A stretch of 64,000 nucleotides of DNA from positions 160,001-224,000 of the forward strand of contig JBBCJC010000001.1 of assembly GCA_037189525.1 (NCBI GenBank), given 5' to 3'. Positions 1-10,289 of this stretch are shown here, in pieces. The DNA is from Gemmatimonadales bacterium. GTDB lineage: Bacteria > Gemmatimonadota > Gemmatimonadetes > Gemmatimonadales > GWC2-71-9. The notes below the pieces were generated by a model that saw only the letters and a program-made list of their open reading frames with translations, was not told the origin of the DNA and made no database searches. Positions within the stretch are counted from its first letter, which is position 1; every line of letters begins with the position of its first letter. The translations under genes and the position numbers were made by a program.

Positions 1-1238
1 GGGTGCGGCAACAGAGCCGCGAGATGCAGGCCACCCACGGAGGGCAGTGGCGTGAGCTTCTTCGGAAGCTCCCGTCGGATCACCTGCAGGATACGTTGAT
101 GCCGCTCCGCATAGACCCGCCGCATCCGGCGGACATGCTGCGCCAGGAGTCCGTCGTCGATGAACTGCGCGGCGGCCGCCTGCATCGGCACCGCCGTGTG
201 CCAATCGGTCAGGAACTTGGCCTTGCAGAGCGCGGCATGGAGCGGCGGTGGCGCAACGAGGAAACCCAGCCGCAAGGTCGGCAGCATCACCTTGGAGAGC
301 GAGCCGACATAGAGGACTCGGCCGGAGCCGTCGAGCCCCTGCAGCGAATCCAGCGGCCGGCCACCGTAACGAAACTCGCTATCGTAATCGTCCTCGATGA
401 TGGCGGCATCTGCTCGGCGCGCCCACGCCAGCAGCGCCTGCCGCCGTGCCATCGACATCGCCATGCCCAGCGGATACTGGTGTGACGGCGTGACGTAGAC
501 CAGGCGGACCCGGCTCGGGATCGCATCGACTACCAGCCCTTCACTATCCACCGGCACACCCACCACCCGACACCCATGGGCGCGAAACGCCGCGCGCGGC
601 AGCGGATAGCCCGGATCTTCCACCGCCACCAGATCACCCGGGGCGAGCAGCACCCGCGCGATCAGGTCGATGGCCTGCTGGCTTCCGTTGGTGATGAGGA
701 CATCGTCGGGCGCGACACGCACGGCGCGGGAAACAGCAACGTGCCGAGCAATCGCCGCGCGAAGGCCGTCATGTCCAGCGGCGCCGATGTGGCCGCCGTT
801 CCCGACGGCCCGATAATAGAGCTGACGCGTGACACGAGCCCGCCAGGCTGCATAGGGAAATCGGCTCGCATCCGGGATACCGGTTCGAAAGTCGAAGGCC
901 GGCGTGCTCGCCGCCAGATTAGGCCCCTCCGACAAGGCATCCCAGACCGCCCTCGGCCTGAGCGGCGACCGGGCAACCGGGACCCTCGCGTGCGGCCGAA
1001 TGCCACTACGCACGAAGGTACCGGCGCCGCGCCGAGTCTCCAGGAATCCCTCGCCGCGGAGCCGCTCGTAGACCAGCATGACCGTGTTGCGGGAAATCTC
1101 CAGGCGGGTCGCCAACTCACGAGTCGATGGCATCGCCTGGTGCGCACGCAGACGGCCATCGAGGATCGCATCGCGGAGCTGGCGATAGAGCGACCCGCTG
1201 ATCTGCCGGGATGAATCGAGCGTAAGGTGCAGATCCAC
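1..1238 (-). CDS. MocR/GabR-family GntR regulator with PLP aminotransferase-like domain (3' end runs off the window)
   Basis: Not in the ORF track. Manual minus-strand translation from GTG at 1238 gives MDLHLTLDSSRQISGSLYRQLRDAILDGRL...PSTRELATRLEISRNTV...RRGAGTFV (GntR wHTH), then EDDYDSEF, YVGSLSKVMLPTLRLG (PLP Lys) and GGLHL. Confidence 0.92.
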   Translation of the reverse strand, partial: MDLHLTLDSSRQISGSLYRQLRDAILDGRLRAHQAMPSTRELATRLEISRNTVMLVYERLRGEGFLETRRGAGTFVRSGIRPHARVPVARSPLRPRAVWDALSEGPNLAASTPAFDFRTGIPDASRFPYAAWRARVTRQLYYRAVGNGGHIGAAGHDGLRAAIARHVAVSRAVRVAPDDVLITNGSQQAIDLIARVLLAPGDLVAVEDPGYPLPRAAFRAHGCRVVGVPVDSEGLVVDAIPSRVRLVYVTPSHQYPLGMAMSMARRQALLAWARRADAAIIEDDYDSEFRYGGRPLDSLQGLDGSGRVLYVGSLSKVMLPTLRLGFLVAPPPLHAALCKAKFLTDWHTAVPMQAAAAQFIDDGLLAQHVRRMRRVYAERHQRILQVIRRELPKKLTPLPSVGGLHLAALLPH

Positions 1239-1486
1239 TCGGGTACCCTCGCCGCAGGGGCTGGAGCCCGCCTGGTGAGAAGAGCAGCACTCAACCGGCG
1301 CGACTCAAACGACGTGAACGCGGGCTTCGTCCGCACGTAACATACGTGCCGCCCATCAGACCAGGGAGGTTGATCGCCCCCCAACTGGACTCACCCCGAA
1401 TCGACCTACAACCAACAGGCCGGAACGGTTCCGTCCCGGGTGAGAACTCCGGTCGACTGGCGCTCTTGCTGGAGTCCGCCACTTCA

Positions 1487-1523
1487 TGTAGACTATCTAC
1501 CTATCATAGGTAGACAGGCTACA
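1487..1523. promoter_or_regulatory. Palindromic operator, probably for PadR autoregulation
   Basis: TGTAGACTATCTACCTAT-C-ATAGGTAGACAGGCTACA: 18-bp inverted arms with 2 mismatches, ending 2 nt before the padR ATG. Confidence 0.75.
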
Positions 1524-1525
1524 CA

Positions 1526-1870
1526 ATGACGAAACCGCCCCGAACCGACCTCCTCCCCGGCACGCTGGAGATGCTGATCCTGCGGACCCTGAGCCTGGGA
1601 AGCCAGCACGGCTACGGCATTGCCCAGCACCTGGCGAAAATTTCGCAGGAGGCACTTCGGGTCGAGCAAGGCTCTCTCTATCCGGCCCTCGAACGCCTGC
1701 TGGCCGCCGGCTGGGTCACCGCAAAGTGGGGACAGTCGCCCACCGGACGCCGCGCCCGATACTACACCATCACGGCATCGGGACTCCGCCGGCTCGGTGA
1801 CGAAATCGCGAGCTTCGATACCATGGCCCTGGCCATCGCTCGCGTCTTGGGCCGAGCGGAGCCCGCCTGA
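1526..1870 (+). CDS. PadR-family transcriptional regulator
   Basis: LLPGTLEMLIL...HGYGIAQ...GSLYPALERL...RRARYYTIT wHTH motifs. Confidence 0.95.
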   Translation: MTKPPRTDLLPGTLEMLILRTLSLGSQHGYGIAQHLAKISQEALRVEQGSLYPALERLLAAGWVTAKWGQSPTGRRARYYTITASGLRRLGDEIASFDTMALAIARVLGRAEPA

Positions 1871-4533
1871 TGTCCTGGCTCGACGGCCTCTCCCACCGGA
1901 TTCGGACCCTCCTCGCCCCGAACCGGCACGCCCGCGAACTGGCCGAAGAAGTCCAGTTCCACCTGGAGATGGACGCCATGCACGACGGCGACACGAACCA
2001 GGGCCGGCGCCGCTTCGGCAACCGCGCCTACCATCGGGAAGAGGTGCGCGAATCGACCTGGCTCCGATTCGTCGATCGCGTAACCCAGGACTTCAGTTCG
2101 GCATGGCGCTCGCTGCGGAGAACACCCGGCATCGTGGCCGTCGTCGCAACGACATTGGCGCTCGGGATCGGGATCAACGCCATGGCGTTTTCCCTGCTCG
2201 ACACCTTGTACCTGAGCCCACCTGGCGGCGTCAGTCATCCCGAGAACCTTCGGCGTTACTGGGTCGAACATACCCGAACCCACGACGGAGTTCCCTTTCA
2301 TTCACGCAACCTCGGCTACCCCATCTACCGCATCGTCGCCGAATTGGCCGACCGCCCGGAGAACGTGACCGTTTACATGGCGTCGGAACGACAGCTGGGC
2401 CGCGGCCTCGACGGACCGACCGTTCAAATGGTGTGGGCTCAGGAGAATTATTTCGATGTCCTGGGCATCCGGCTCACGATGGGCCGAACCTTTACCGCCG
2501 CGGAGAATCAGCTCGGCAGCGGCGCGCCCGTCGCAATCGTGAGCGAAGCGTTTCGCCAGCGTCACCTTGCCGACCGACCGGCGCCGCTCGGCACGACGAT
2601 CGACCTCGAGCAGGAGCAGTACACCATCATCGGTGTCATGGCGCCGGATTTCACCGGGCTCGATCTCCAGCCGGCCGAGGTCTGGATCCCGATCGGCAAT
2701 CTCCCGGTCCAGCGTGGGAGTGATCCGTGGTGGCTCACTCGCTACGCCGGATACTTCCAGGTCGTCGAGCGCATCTCGACGCCCGGCACACCCGCCGCAG
2801 CAGTCGAGGCGCGCGCTACCGACGCACTGCGCCGTTACAACCGGGAAACGCGGGGAGCCACCGCAGATACGCTGAGCCGAATCCAGCTGGGACCGATCCA
2901 GGCCGCGCAAACTCCCGGCAAGCTCGACACCTCGGTCCTGATCAGCACGCGTCTCACCGGCGTCGCGGCGCTCATCCTCCTGATTGCGCTCGCCAACGTC
3001 GTGAATCTCCTGCTGGGCCGCGCCGTTGCGCGACGACGGGAGCTCTCCACCCGACTTGCCCTGGGACTGTCGCGACCGCGCCTGGTCTGGATCCTGACCC
3101 TCGAAGCCGTCATGATAGCCTCGATCGGCGGCGCGGCGGCCACGCTCGCCGGCTGGGCAGGCGGGACGATGCTTCGGACCCTCCTGCTGCCGGAAATCCA
3201 TTGGGCGCGGTCTGCCTTCGACTGGCGTGTCGGCGTCGTTACTCTCGGCCTGACACTCGGGGCGGGCCTGGTAGCCGGGCTGATTCCCGCGCTCCAAGCC
3301 AGCCGTCCGGGACCCACGAGCGCGATGGAGCGGCTCTCGACCGGAGACCGGCATCGTTCGCGCTTGCAGAACGGACTGGTCATCGCGCAGGTGGCTCTCG
3401 CAACGGTCCTCCTGACCGGAGCAGCGCTCACCTTGCGCAGCTTACACAATGTGACGAGTCTCGACCTCGGCTACGATGTGGAGGCCCTGGTCTTCGGCTC
3501 GGTCAGTTTCATCAAGGGCCAGGCGCCTCCGAACCCGGTGGTGGACACCCGACTCGAATCGGCCGTTACCCGGCTGACCAATCGGCCCGGCATCCTCGGC
3601 GTGGCGCGCAGCAGTATGGCCCCCATGAGCGGGATAGGCATCCTGTCGCTCTTCACGGGAGCGGATTCGATGGGATCCTTTCCGGTCTCCCCAGTCCACC
3701 TCAGGGTCTCCCCATCCTTCTTCGACGTGACGGGGCTGGCCATTCAGCAGGGCCGTGGATTCATCGATGATGCCGGCGCCGAAACGACCGGCGAGGTGGT
3801 CGTCAACGCCGCAATGGCACGAATGATCTGGCCGAACGCCAACCCGCTCGGACAATGCATCCAGTTCGTGTCGCGCGACCGTCCCTGCTATCCGGTCGTA
3901 GGTGTGGTGGAGTCGGGCCGGATGACATATGTCATCGAGGGAGAGGACAAACCTCAGTACTACCTCTCGATCCGGGATCCCCTGGCGGAGGGTCCTGCGA
4001 GGACGATCGTGGTACGAACCTACCCCGACAAAATCGCGGCGGCAGAGGCCGAACTTCGAACCGCGCTGAGCGCGGAGCTTCCTGGCGGTGTACCGGAAGT
4101 CAGCAGTATGACGGAGGATCTCGGTCCTCAATACCGTCCCTGGCGCCTCGGTGCCGCGCTCCTGTCGGGAGTGGGACTCCTCGCGGTGATCGTGGTTTTG
4201 CTCGGTATCTACAGTACCGTGTCCTATGGAGTCGCCCGACGGACCCGGGAGTTCGGCATCCGGATGGCGCTCGGCGCGCAACGGCAGGCCGTCACACGGC
4301 AGGTCGTCACGAGCGGTCTGCGGGTCGTGATGGTCGGCCTGATCATCGGCACGGCGATCACCCTCGCCGCGGGCCGCCTGATTCGCGCCATCCTCTACGG
4401 CGTCGAGCCCGACGATCCCACGACCCTCGTCGTCGTGTCGGCCGGCCTCCTCATCGTCGCAGGTCTGGCGGCACTCAAACCGGCTCGTACCGCCAGCAGG
4501 ATCGAACCGGCCATCACCCTTCGGACAGATTGA
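1870..4533 (+). CDS. ADOP-type duplicated MacB/FtsX ABC permease
   Basis: Two MacB periplasmic plus FtsX repeats (TLALGIGIN, ANVVNLLLGRAVARRRELSTRLALG, RRTREFGIRMALGA); TGATG coupling to padR. Confidence 0.93.
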   Translation: MSWLDGLSHRIRTLLAPNRHARELAEEVQFHLEMDAMHDGDTNQGRRRFGNRAYHREEVRESTWLRFVDRVTQDFSSAWRSLRRTPGIVAVVATTLALGIGINAMAFSLLDTLYLSPPGGVSHPENLRRYWVEHTRTHDGVPFHSRNLGYPIYRIVAELADRPENVTVYMASERQLGRGLDGPTVQMVWAQENYFDVLGIRLTMGRTFTAAENQLGSGAPVAIVSEAFRQRHLADRPAPLGTTIDLEQEQYTIIGVMAPDFTGLDLQPAEVWIPIGNLPVQRGSDPWWLTRYAGYFQVVERISTPGTPAAAVEARATDALRRYNRETRGATADTLSRIQLGPIQAAQTPGKLDTSVLISTRLTGVAALILLIALANVVNLLLGRAVARRRELSTRLALGLSRPRLVWILTLEAVMIASIGGAAATLAGWAGGTMLRTLLLPEIHWARSAFDWRVGVVTLGLTLGAGLVAGLIPALQASRPGPTSAMERLSTGDRHRSRLQNGLVIAQVALATVLLTGAALTLRSLHNVTSLDLGYDVEALVFGSVSFIKGQAPPNPVVDTRLESAVTRLTNRPGILGVARSSMAPMSGIGILSLFTGADSMGSFPVSPVHLRVSPSFFDVTGLAIQQGRGFIDDAGAETTGEVVVNAAMARMIWPNANPLGQCIQFVSRDRPCYPVVGVVESGRMTYVIEGEDKPQYYLSIRDPLAEGPARTIVVRTYPDKIAAAEAELRTALSAELPGGVPEVSSMTEDLGPQYRPWRLGAALLSGVGLLAVIVVLLGIYSTVSYGVARRTREFGIRMALGAQRQAVTRQVVTSGLRVVMVGLIIGTAITLAAGRLIRAILYGVEPDDPTTLVVVSAGLLIVAGLAALKPARTASRIEPAITLRTD

Positions 4534-4535
4534 AA

Positions 4536-4559
4536 TCGGGCGTCGAGTCCGGCGCCCGA
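4536..4559 (+). terminator. GC-rich hairpin after the permease (possible terminator, no U-tract)
   Basis: TCGGGCGTCG-AGTC-CGGCGCCCGA. Confidence 0.35.
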
Positions 4560-4624
4560 CCACCCCGCACCATTTACACAACAAGTGTTATATTCGATCC
4601 CGAACCCTCTTCGGGACAGTCGTC

Positions 4625-5134
4625 GTGAATCAGCCCGCACGCCTCCAGCAGGTTGGCCAGGAGATCGGCGTCTCCTCGTGGTACCGGATCGACCAGGATC
4701 GGGTCGACGCCTTTGCCAAGGTCACCGACGATGCCGACCCGATGCATGTCGATCCCGCCTGGTGCGCCCAGCACAGCCCCTTCGGACAAACCGTCTCCTT
4801 CGGATTCCTGACGCTCTCGCTCCTGACACATCTGAGCCATGAGGTCCTGGGCTGGAGCGGGTCCGACAGCATTGATCGGGACGGCTACGGGCTCAACTAC
4901 GGCTTCGACCGGATCCGGCTGATCGAACCGGTTCCGGTGGGGAGCCGGATCCGAGCCCGCTTCACGCTGTTGGATCGATCCGAGCCTCATCCCGGCGAAT
5001 CCCGATTCAAGTACGGGGTGACGGTGGAGATCGAAGGCAAGGCCCGCCCCGCCCTGGTGGCCGAGTGGCTGGCGCTCTGGGTCAACGGGTCCGCCGGCCA
5101 CGCGCGGATTGCCGGCAAGCACAAGAGCGCTTGA
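4625..5134 (+). CDS. MaoC-family (hotdog fold) dehydratase
   Basis: FAKVTDDADPMHVDP, GFLTLSLL, GLNYGFDRIRLIEPVPVG motifs. Confidence 0.9.
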   Translation: MNQPARLQQVGQEIGVSSWYRIDQDRVDAFAKVTDDADPMHVDPAWCAQHSPFGQTVSFGFLTLSLLTHLSHEVLGWSGSDSIDRDGYGLNYGFDRIRLIEPVPVGSRIRARFTLLDRSEPHPGESRFKYGVTVEIEGKARPALVAEWLALWVNGSAGHARIAGKHKSA

Positions 5135-5135
5135 G

Positions 5136-6740
5136 ATGACCCGGACGGTCCGACCGTCTCGCCCGCTTGCCGAGCAGGAGCGACCTCCCCGGCTGGACCT
5201 GATCAGCGACTATCCGAGATTCTGGGCTGGCGTCGAGCCGGATCGGGATGCCGTCATCTTCGGCCCGTCGCGATGGTCGTATCGCGATCTGGCCGACCAG
5301 GTCGACAGCTACGCACGCGCGCTGCTCGCCGCCGGTGTCCATCCCGGTGATCGGGTCGCCACCCTGTCCCCGCCGCACCCCGACTACTACGTCACCTTCC
5401 TGGCCACGGCATCGATCGGCGCCATCTGGGTCGGCCTCAATCCGCGCTATCAGCGGCGCGAACTCGACTACGTTCTGGGCGACGCCACCCCAGCCCTCGT
5501 CTTTACCCGCGAACGGGTGGGCGACCGCGATTTCCGAACCGACCTCGATGCTCTGAGCGAGGCCCATCCGGGCGTACGACGATGGGTGCGACTCGACGGT
5601 TCCGGCGAGCACGCCGATTCACAAACTCGTTTCCTCGAGCGTGGCGCATCGGTCAGCGATACGCAGCTTGCATCGATTCACGCCGCGGTCTCGACCGACG
5701 CTCCCTGCCTCATCGTCTACACCAGCGGGACCACGGGCCAGCCCAAGGGCGCGCTGATCAGTCACCATGGATTGATCCGGGTTGCCAGGGTGCAGCATGG
5801 GATCTGGCCCGTTTCCCCGCTCCGGGTGGTCAACAACCTGCCGATCAATCATATCGGCTGCGTCGGTGACATCACCTGCGACACCCTGGTGCCCGGCGGC
5901 GCCATCATCTTCCAGGAACAGTTCGAACCCGGTGGCATGCTCGAGCTGATCGAACGGGAAGGCGCCACGCTGTTGGGCCACGTGCCGACGGCGCTCGAGT
6001 ATCTGGCTCGCCATCCCCGGTTCGACCAGACCGATTTTTCGCGGATGCAATTGATCATCTGGTCGGGCGCGGCGGCTCCGGTCACTCTGATCGAACGCCT
6101 GCGCAGCAAATGCGCCGACATGGCCAGCGCCTACGGAATGACGGAAACGGTCGGTTCGGTGACTTTCACGTTCGACAGTGACGAGATGGCGGTCCTTGCC
6201 GGATCGATCGGATGGCCGGTCGACGAATACGAGATGCGGATCGCCGGCAGCGATGGCACAGCCCTGCCACCCGGCGAAACCGGCGAGCTTCAGGTACGCG
6301 GCGATTTTCTCACGCTGGGCTACTGGAACCGCCCCGACGCCACGCGCGACCTCTTCACCGCCGACGGCTGGCTTCACACAGGCGACCTGGGCACCATCGG
6401 CCCCGACGGGACCTATCGGCTGCTCGGCCGCCTCAAGGAGATGTTCAAATCCGGGGGCTACAACGTCTACCCTCGCGAGATCGAAACCGTGCTGGAGAGC
6501 CATCCCGATGTCGCCATGGCCGCCGTCCTCGGCGTCGCGGACCCCACCTTCCAGGAAGTCGGGCACGCGTTCGTGCTGGTCCACCCGGGCCGATCGCCCA
6601 CGCCCGAGGCGCTGGAGCAGTTTTGCCGGGAATCACTCGCGAACTACAAAGTCCCCAAGCGATTCATCGTGGCCACGGATTTTCCGATGCTTCCGATCGG
6701 CAAGATCGACAAGCAGGCGCTCCGAGCGTCGCAGACATAG
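5136..6740 (+). CDS. Acyl-CoA synthetase / AMP-binding (ANL) enzyme
   Basis: YTSGTTGQPKG, YGMTE, GWLHTGDLG, KSGGYNVYPREIE, GKIDK; ATG at 5136 follows the maoC stop. Confidence 0.93.
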   Translation: MTRTVRPSRPLAEQERPPRLDLISDYPRFWAGVEPDRDAVIFGPSRWSYRDLADQVDSYARALLAAGVHPGDRVATLSPPHPDYYVTFLATASIGAIWVGLNPRYQRRELDYVLGDATPALVFTRERVGDRDFRTDLDALSEAHPGVRRWVRLDGSGEHADSQTRFLERGASVSDTQLASIHAAVSTDAPCLIVYTSGTTGQPKGALISHHGLIRVARVQHGIWPVSPLRVVNNLPINHIGCVGDITCDTLVPGGAIIFQEQFEPGGMLELIEREGATLLGHVPTALEYLARHPRFDQTDFSRMQLIIWSGAAAPVTLIERLRSKCADMASAYGMTETVGSVTFTFDSDEMAVLAGSIGWPVDEYEMRIAGSDGTALPPGETGELQVRGDFLTLGYWNRPDATRDLFTADGWLHTGDLGTIGPDGTYRLLGRLKEMFKSGGYNVYPREIETVLESHPDVAMAAVLGVADPTFQEVGHAFVLVHPGRSPTPEALEQFCRESLANYKVPKRFIVATDFPMLPIGKIDKQALRASQT

Positions 6741-6749
6741 ATTCCGACC

Positions 6750-9700
6750 ATGACCAACCGTGACCGATCTTCGCTCGACGACAAGTTCCTTTTGGAAGAC
6801 GGTACGATTGCGCTTTCCGGCGTTCAAGCGTTGGTCCGTCTGCCGCTCGACCAGCACCGTGCTGATCGACGCGCCGGACTCAACACCGCCACGCTGATCT
6901 CGGGCTATCGCGGTTCTCCCCTGGGCGGCTATGACACGGCACTCGCCGCGGCCCGGAAGATCCTCACCGCGCATCAGGTCACCTTCCTCCCGGGCGTGAA
7001 CGAGGATCTCGGCGCCACCGCCGTCTTTGGTGCCCAGCTTGCCAACCTGCTGCCTCGGCCGCGCTATGACGGCGTACTCGGGATCTGGTACGGCAAAGGT
7101 CCGGGCGTCGACCGCACCGGCGATGCCTTCCGCCATGCCAACCTGACGGGTGTGGGCAAGCATGGCGGGGTCCTTGCCGTCGCGGGCGATGATCCGGCCT
7201 CGAAGTCCTCGACGGTGCCCTCCGCATCCGAAGTCGCCTTGTTCGATGCCCAGATGCCGATCCTCTATCCCGCGGACGTCCAGAGCGTCATCGATCTGGG
7301 GCTCAAAGGGTTCGCGCTCTCGCGCTATTCGGGCCTCTGGGTCGGCCTCAAAGTGACCACCAACGTGGCGGACGAGTTCTCCACGGCGCGCGTCTCACCG
7401 GAGCAAGCGGCGTGGATTCGCCCCAAGTTCGAGTTTGCCGGCAAACCCTGGCAGCCGACCCAGAGCCATACCCTCTTTGCTCCGTACAACCTCCAGTTGG
7501 AACAGGAACTCTGGGAGGGTCGTCTCGAAGCCGCTCGGCATTTCGCCGTGGCCAACGGCCTCAATCGCTCCGTGGTCGATCCGGCCAATGCCTGGATCGG
7601 GATCGCCGCCGCCGGCAAGACCTATCTCGACCTTCGCGAAGCGCTCTCCCGGCTCGGCCTGACCGATGCCGAACTCCATCGTTTCGGCGTTCGCCTGCTG
7701 CGCATCGACATGCTCTACCCGCTCGACGGGCCGAGCCTGCGGCGGTTTGCGGCGGGGCTGGAGGAAGTGCTGGTGATCGAGGAGAAGCGGTCGTTCCTGG
7801 AACTCCTGGTTCGCGACGCGCTCTACCGGATGCCCGACCGGCCGCGGATGGTCGGCAAGCAAGACGAACAGGATCGGGTCCTGATCCCCGGTCATGGTGA
7901 GCTCGACGCGGACACGCTGCTTCCCCTCATTGCCGGACGCCTGCGGGCGCGAATCCCCGATATGGACGCCCGGCTGGCCCGCATTACCGGTGGTCGTGCC
8001 ACGCCGGCTGCCCCGCTCGGCCTGGCTGCGCAGCGACTGGCGTACTTCTGCTCCGGTTGTCCGCACAACCGCTCGACGGTGGTGCCCGAGGGCTCGATTG
8101 CCGCCGCGGGGATCGGATGTCACGGCATGGCCGTCACCATGGAGCGGGTCGGCGCGGGCTTTACCCAGATGGGTGGTGAAGGCGCTCAGTGGGTCGGCGC
8201 ATCCCTCTTTTCGGATACGCCGCACATCTTCCAGAACATCGGCGACGGCACCCTGTTCCACTCCGGCTCGCTGGCAATCCGCCAGGCCGTTGCCGCCGGG
8301 ACAAACATCACCTACAAGATCCTATACAACGGCGCCGTCGCCATGACCGGGGGGCAGCACGCCGACGGCAGCATCGCGATTCCCGATCTGATTCGCGAAC
8401 TGGCGGCCGAGGGCGTCAAGCGCACTGTGGTACTCACCGACGAGCTCGATCGGTACCGGGGAGTTTCTCTCGCGGCCGGCGTCGACGTGCGGTCTCGCGA
8501 CACCCTCGATGCGACCCAGCGCGAGCTGCGCGAAACGCCGGGCGTCACCGCCCTGATCTACGATCAGCATTGCGCCGCCGACCTCCGCCGTCGCAGGAAA
8601 CGCGGCCTGGCACCCGAACGCAAGCTGCGCGTGGTCATCAACGAGCGGGTCTGCGAGGGCTGCGGCGACTGCGGCGTCAAATCGAACTGTCTGAGCGTGA
8701 TGCCGGTCGACACCGAGTTCGGCCGCAAGACCCGGATCCATCAGTCGTCGTGCAACACCGACTACTCCTGCCTCGACGGCGACTGCCCGGCATTCATCAC
8801 CGCGGTGCAAGATACGCATGGCGCCGCATCGCGACACGCCGCCAAGCCGTCGGCGCCAAGTTTCGAGATTTCTGATGCCCTGCTGCCGGAACCGGCGCGG
8901 CAGGTCGCGTCGGGAGCGAACCTCTATTTCATGGGGATCGGCGGAACCGGTGTCGTTACCGTCAATCAGGTCCTGGGCACCGCGGCCCTGCTCGACGGCC
9001 GGTCGGTGCGCTGTCTCGATCAGACGGGGCTGAGCCAGAAGGGAGGCGCCGTCGTCTCCCACCTGAAGATTGCGCCGACCGCGGAGGAGATGTCGAACAA
9101 GGTCGGCGCGGGGGAGGCCGATGCGTACATCGGTTTCGACGTACTGACCGCCGCCGACGCGCGCCACCTGATCCGGGCGCGACCCGATCGCACGGTTGCC
9201 ATCGTGTCCTCCAGCCGGATTCCGACCGGCCTGATGGTGCGCAACGCCGCAGTCGGCTTCCCCTCGGGCGATATGCTGCACCGGCGGATCGATGCCGCCA
9301 CGCGCGCCGACGCCAACGTCTACCTGGACGCCGAGGGTCTGGCCGATCGGTACTTCGGCTCGCACCTGGCCGCGAATTTCATCGTCGTCGGGGCTGCCTA
9401 CCAGGCGGGCGTCGTTCCGATTGCCGCGGCCCAGATCGAAGCGGCCATCGCGCTGAACGGCGCCGCCGCGGCCATGAATACCCAGGCCTTCCGGCTCGGG
9501 CGCCGGCTGGTGATCGACCCGCTCTGGCACCCCGATACGCCGGCCGCAACGACGCCAGACGCGGGCACGCTAGCTTCGGACCCCTCACCCGTCCTGCCCG
9601 ACGCGCTTCGGAACCGGATTCAGACGGCTGCGACGAGCCGGGAACTCGAACGCCTGCTCGCGAGCCGCGCGGCGGATCTGATTTCCTACCAGAATCTGAG

Positions 9701-10289
9701 CTACGCGGAACGCTACCTCGCATTCGTCGAGCAGGTGGCTGCCCGGGAACACGCGCTCGGCCTCGGATCGGAACTCGCCGAAGCGACGGCTCGATACTAC
9801 TACAAGCTGATGGCGTACAAAGACGAGTACGAGGTCGCCCGCCTGATGCTCGATCCGGCATTCCAGACGGCCGTCGACGATGCGGTCGGTCCCGGCGCGG
9901 CCGTCCAGTACCGGCTGCATCCGCCGGCCCTGCGCGCCATGGGGCTCAAAAAGAAGATCGCCCTGGGCAGCTGGTTCCGCCCGATGTTCCGGTTGCTGCG
10001 CTTGGCGCGCGGCCTCCGCGGCTCCTGGCTGGACCCGTTCGGACGGGACGGAATCCGCCGGATCGAACGGGCGCTGATCGTCGAATACCGGGAGATGATC
10101 GAAGAAGAATTGGCTGCACTGTCGGAAGCGACCCATGCCCGGGCGGTGGCCCTGGCCCGCCTGCCCGACATGATCCGCGGTTACGAAGGGGTCAAACGCG
10201 GCAACGTCGAGCGCTATCGGACCGCGGTTCGGGAACTCAAGGCGCCGCCGGCACCGGCGGAACCGAGTCCGGCGCTGGCTGCCCGCTGA
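6750..10289 (+). CDS. Indolepyruvate:ferredoxin oxidoreductase family protein (single-chain fused type)
   Basis: GYRGSPLGG, YFCSGCPHN, TPP-binding GDGT, ferredoxin CEGCGDC...C, DQTGLSQKGGAV, YKLMAYKDEYEVAR. Confidence 0.93.
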   Translation: MTNRDRSSLDDKFLLEDGTIALSGVQALVRLPLDQHRADRRAGLNTATLISGYRGSPLGGYDTALAAARKILTAHQVTFLPGVNEDLGATAVFGAQLANLLPRPRYDGVLGIWYGKGPGVDRTGDAFRHANLTGVGKHGGVLAVAGDDPASKSSTVPSASEVALFDAQMPILYPADVQSVIDLGLKGFALSRYSGLWVGLKVTTNVADEFSTARVSPEQAAWIRPKFEFAGKPWQPTQSHTLFAPYNLQLEQELWEGRLEAARHFAVANGLNRSVVDPANAWIGIAAAGKTYLDLREALSRLGLTDAELHRFGVRLLRIDMLYPLDGPSLRRFAAGLEEVLVIEEKRSFLELLVRDALYRMPDRPRMVGKQDEQDRVLIPGHGELDADTLLPLIAGRLRARIPDMDARLARITGGRATPAAPLGLAAQRLAYFCSGCPHNRSTVVPEGSIAAAGIGCHGMAVTMERVGAGFTQMGGEGAQWVGASLFSDTPHIFQNIGDGTLFHSGSLAIRQAVAAGTNITYKILYNGAVAMTGGQHADGSIAIPDLIRELAAEGVKRTVVLTDELDRYRGVSLAAGVDVRSRDTLDATQRELRETPGVTALIYDQHCAADLRRRRKRGLAPERKLRVVINERVCEGCGDCGVKSNCLSVMPVDTEFGRKTRIHQSSCNTDYSCLDGDCPAFITAVQDTHGAASRHAAKPSAPSFEISDALLPEPARQVASGANLYFMGIGGTGVVTVNQVLGTAALLDGRSVRCLDQTGLSQKGGAVVSHLKIAPTAEEMSNKVGAGEADAYIGFDVLTAADARHLIRARPDRTVAIVSSSRIPTGLMVRNAAVGFPSGDMLHRRIDAATRADANVYLDAEGLADRYFGSHLAANFIVVGAAYQAGVVPIAAAQIEAAIALNGAAAAMNTQAFRLGRRLVIDPLWHPDTPAATTPDAGTLASDPSPVLPDALRNRIQTAATSRELERLLASRAADLISYQNLSYAERYLAFVEQVAAREHALGLGSELAEATARYYYKLMAYKDEYEVARLMLDPAFQTAVDDAVGPGAAVQYRLHPPALRAMGLKKKIALGSWFRPMFRLLRLARGLRGSWLDPFGRDGIRRIERALIVEYREMIEEELAALSEATHARAVALARLPDMIRGYEGVKRGNVERYRTAVRELKAPPAPAEPSPALAAR

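Noticed and set aside
3..1384. ORFs 3..485(+), 576..1214(+) and 662..1384(-)
   Set aside because: Shadow frames of the real MocR gene on the minus strand (1238 to window start)
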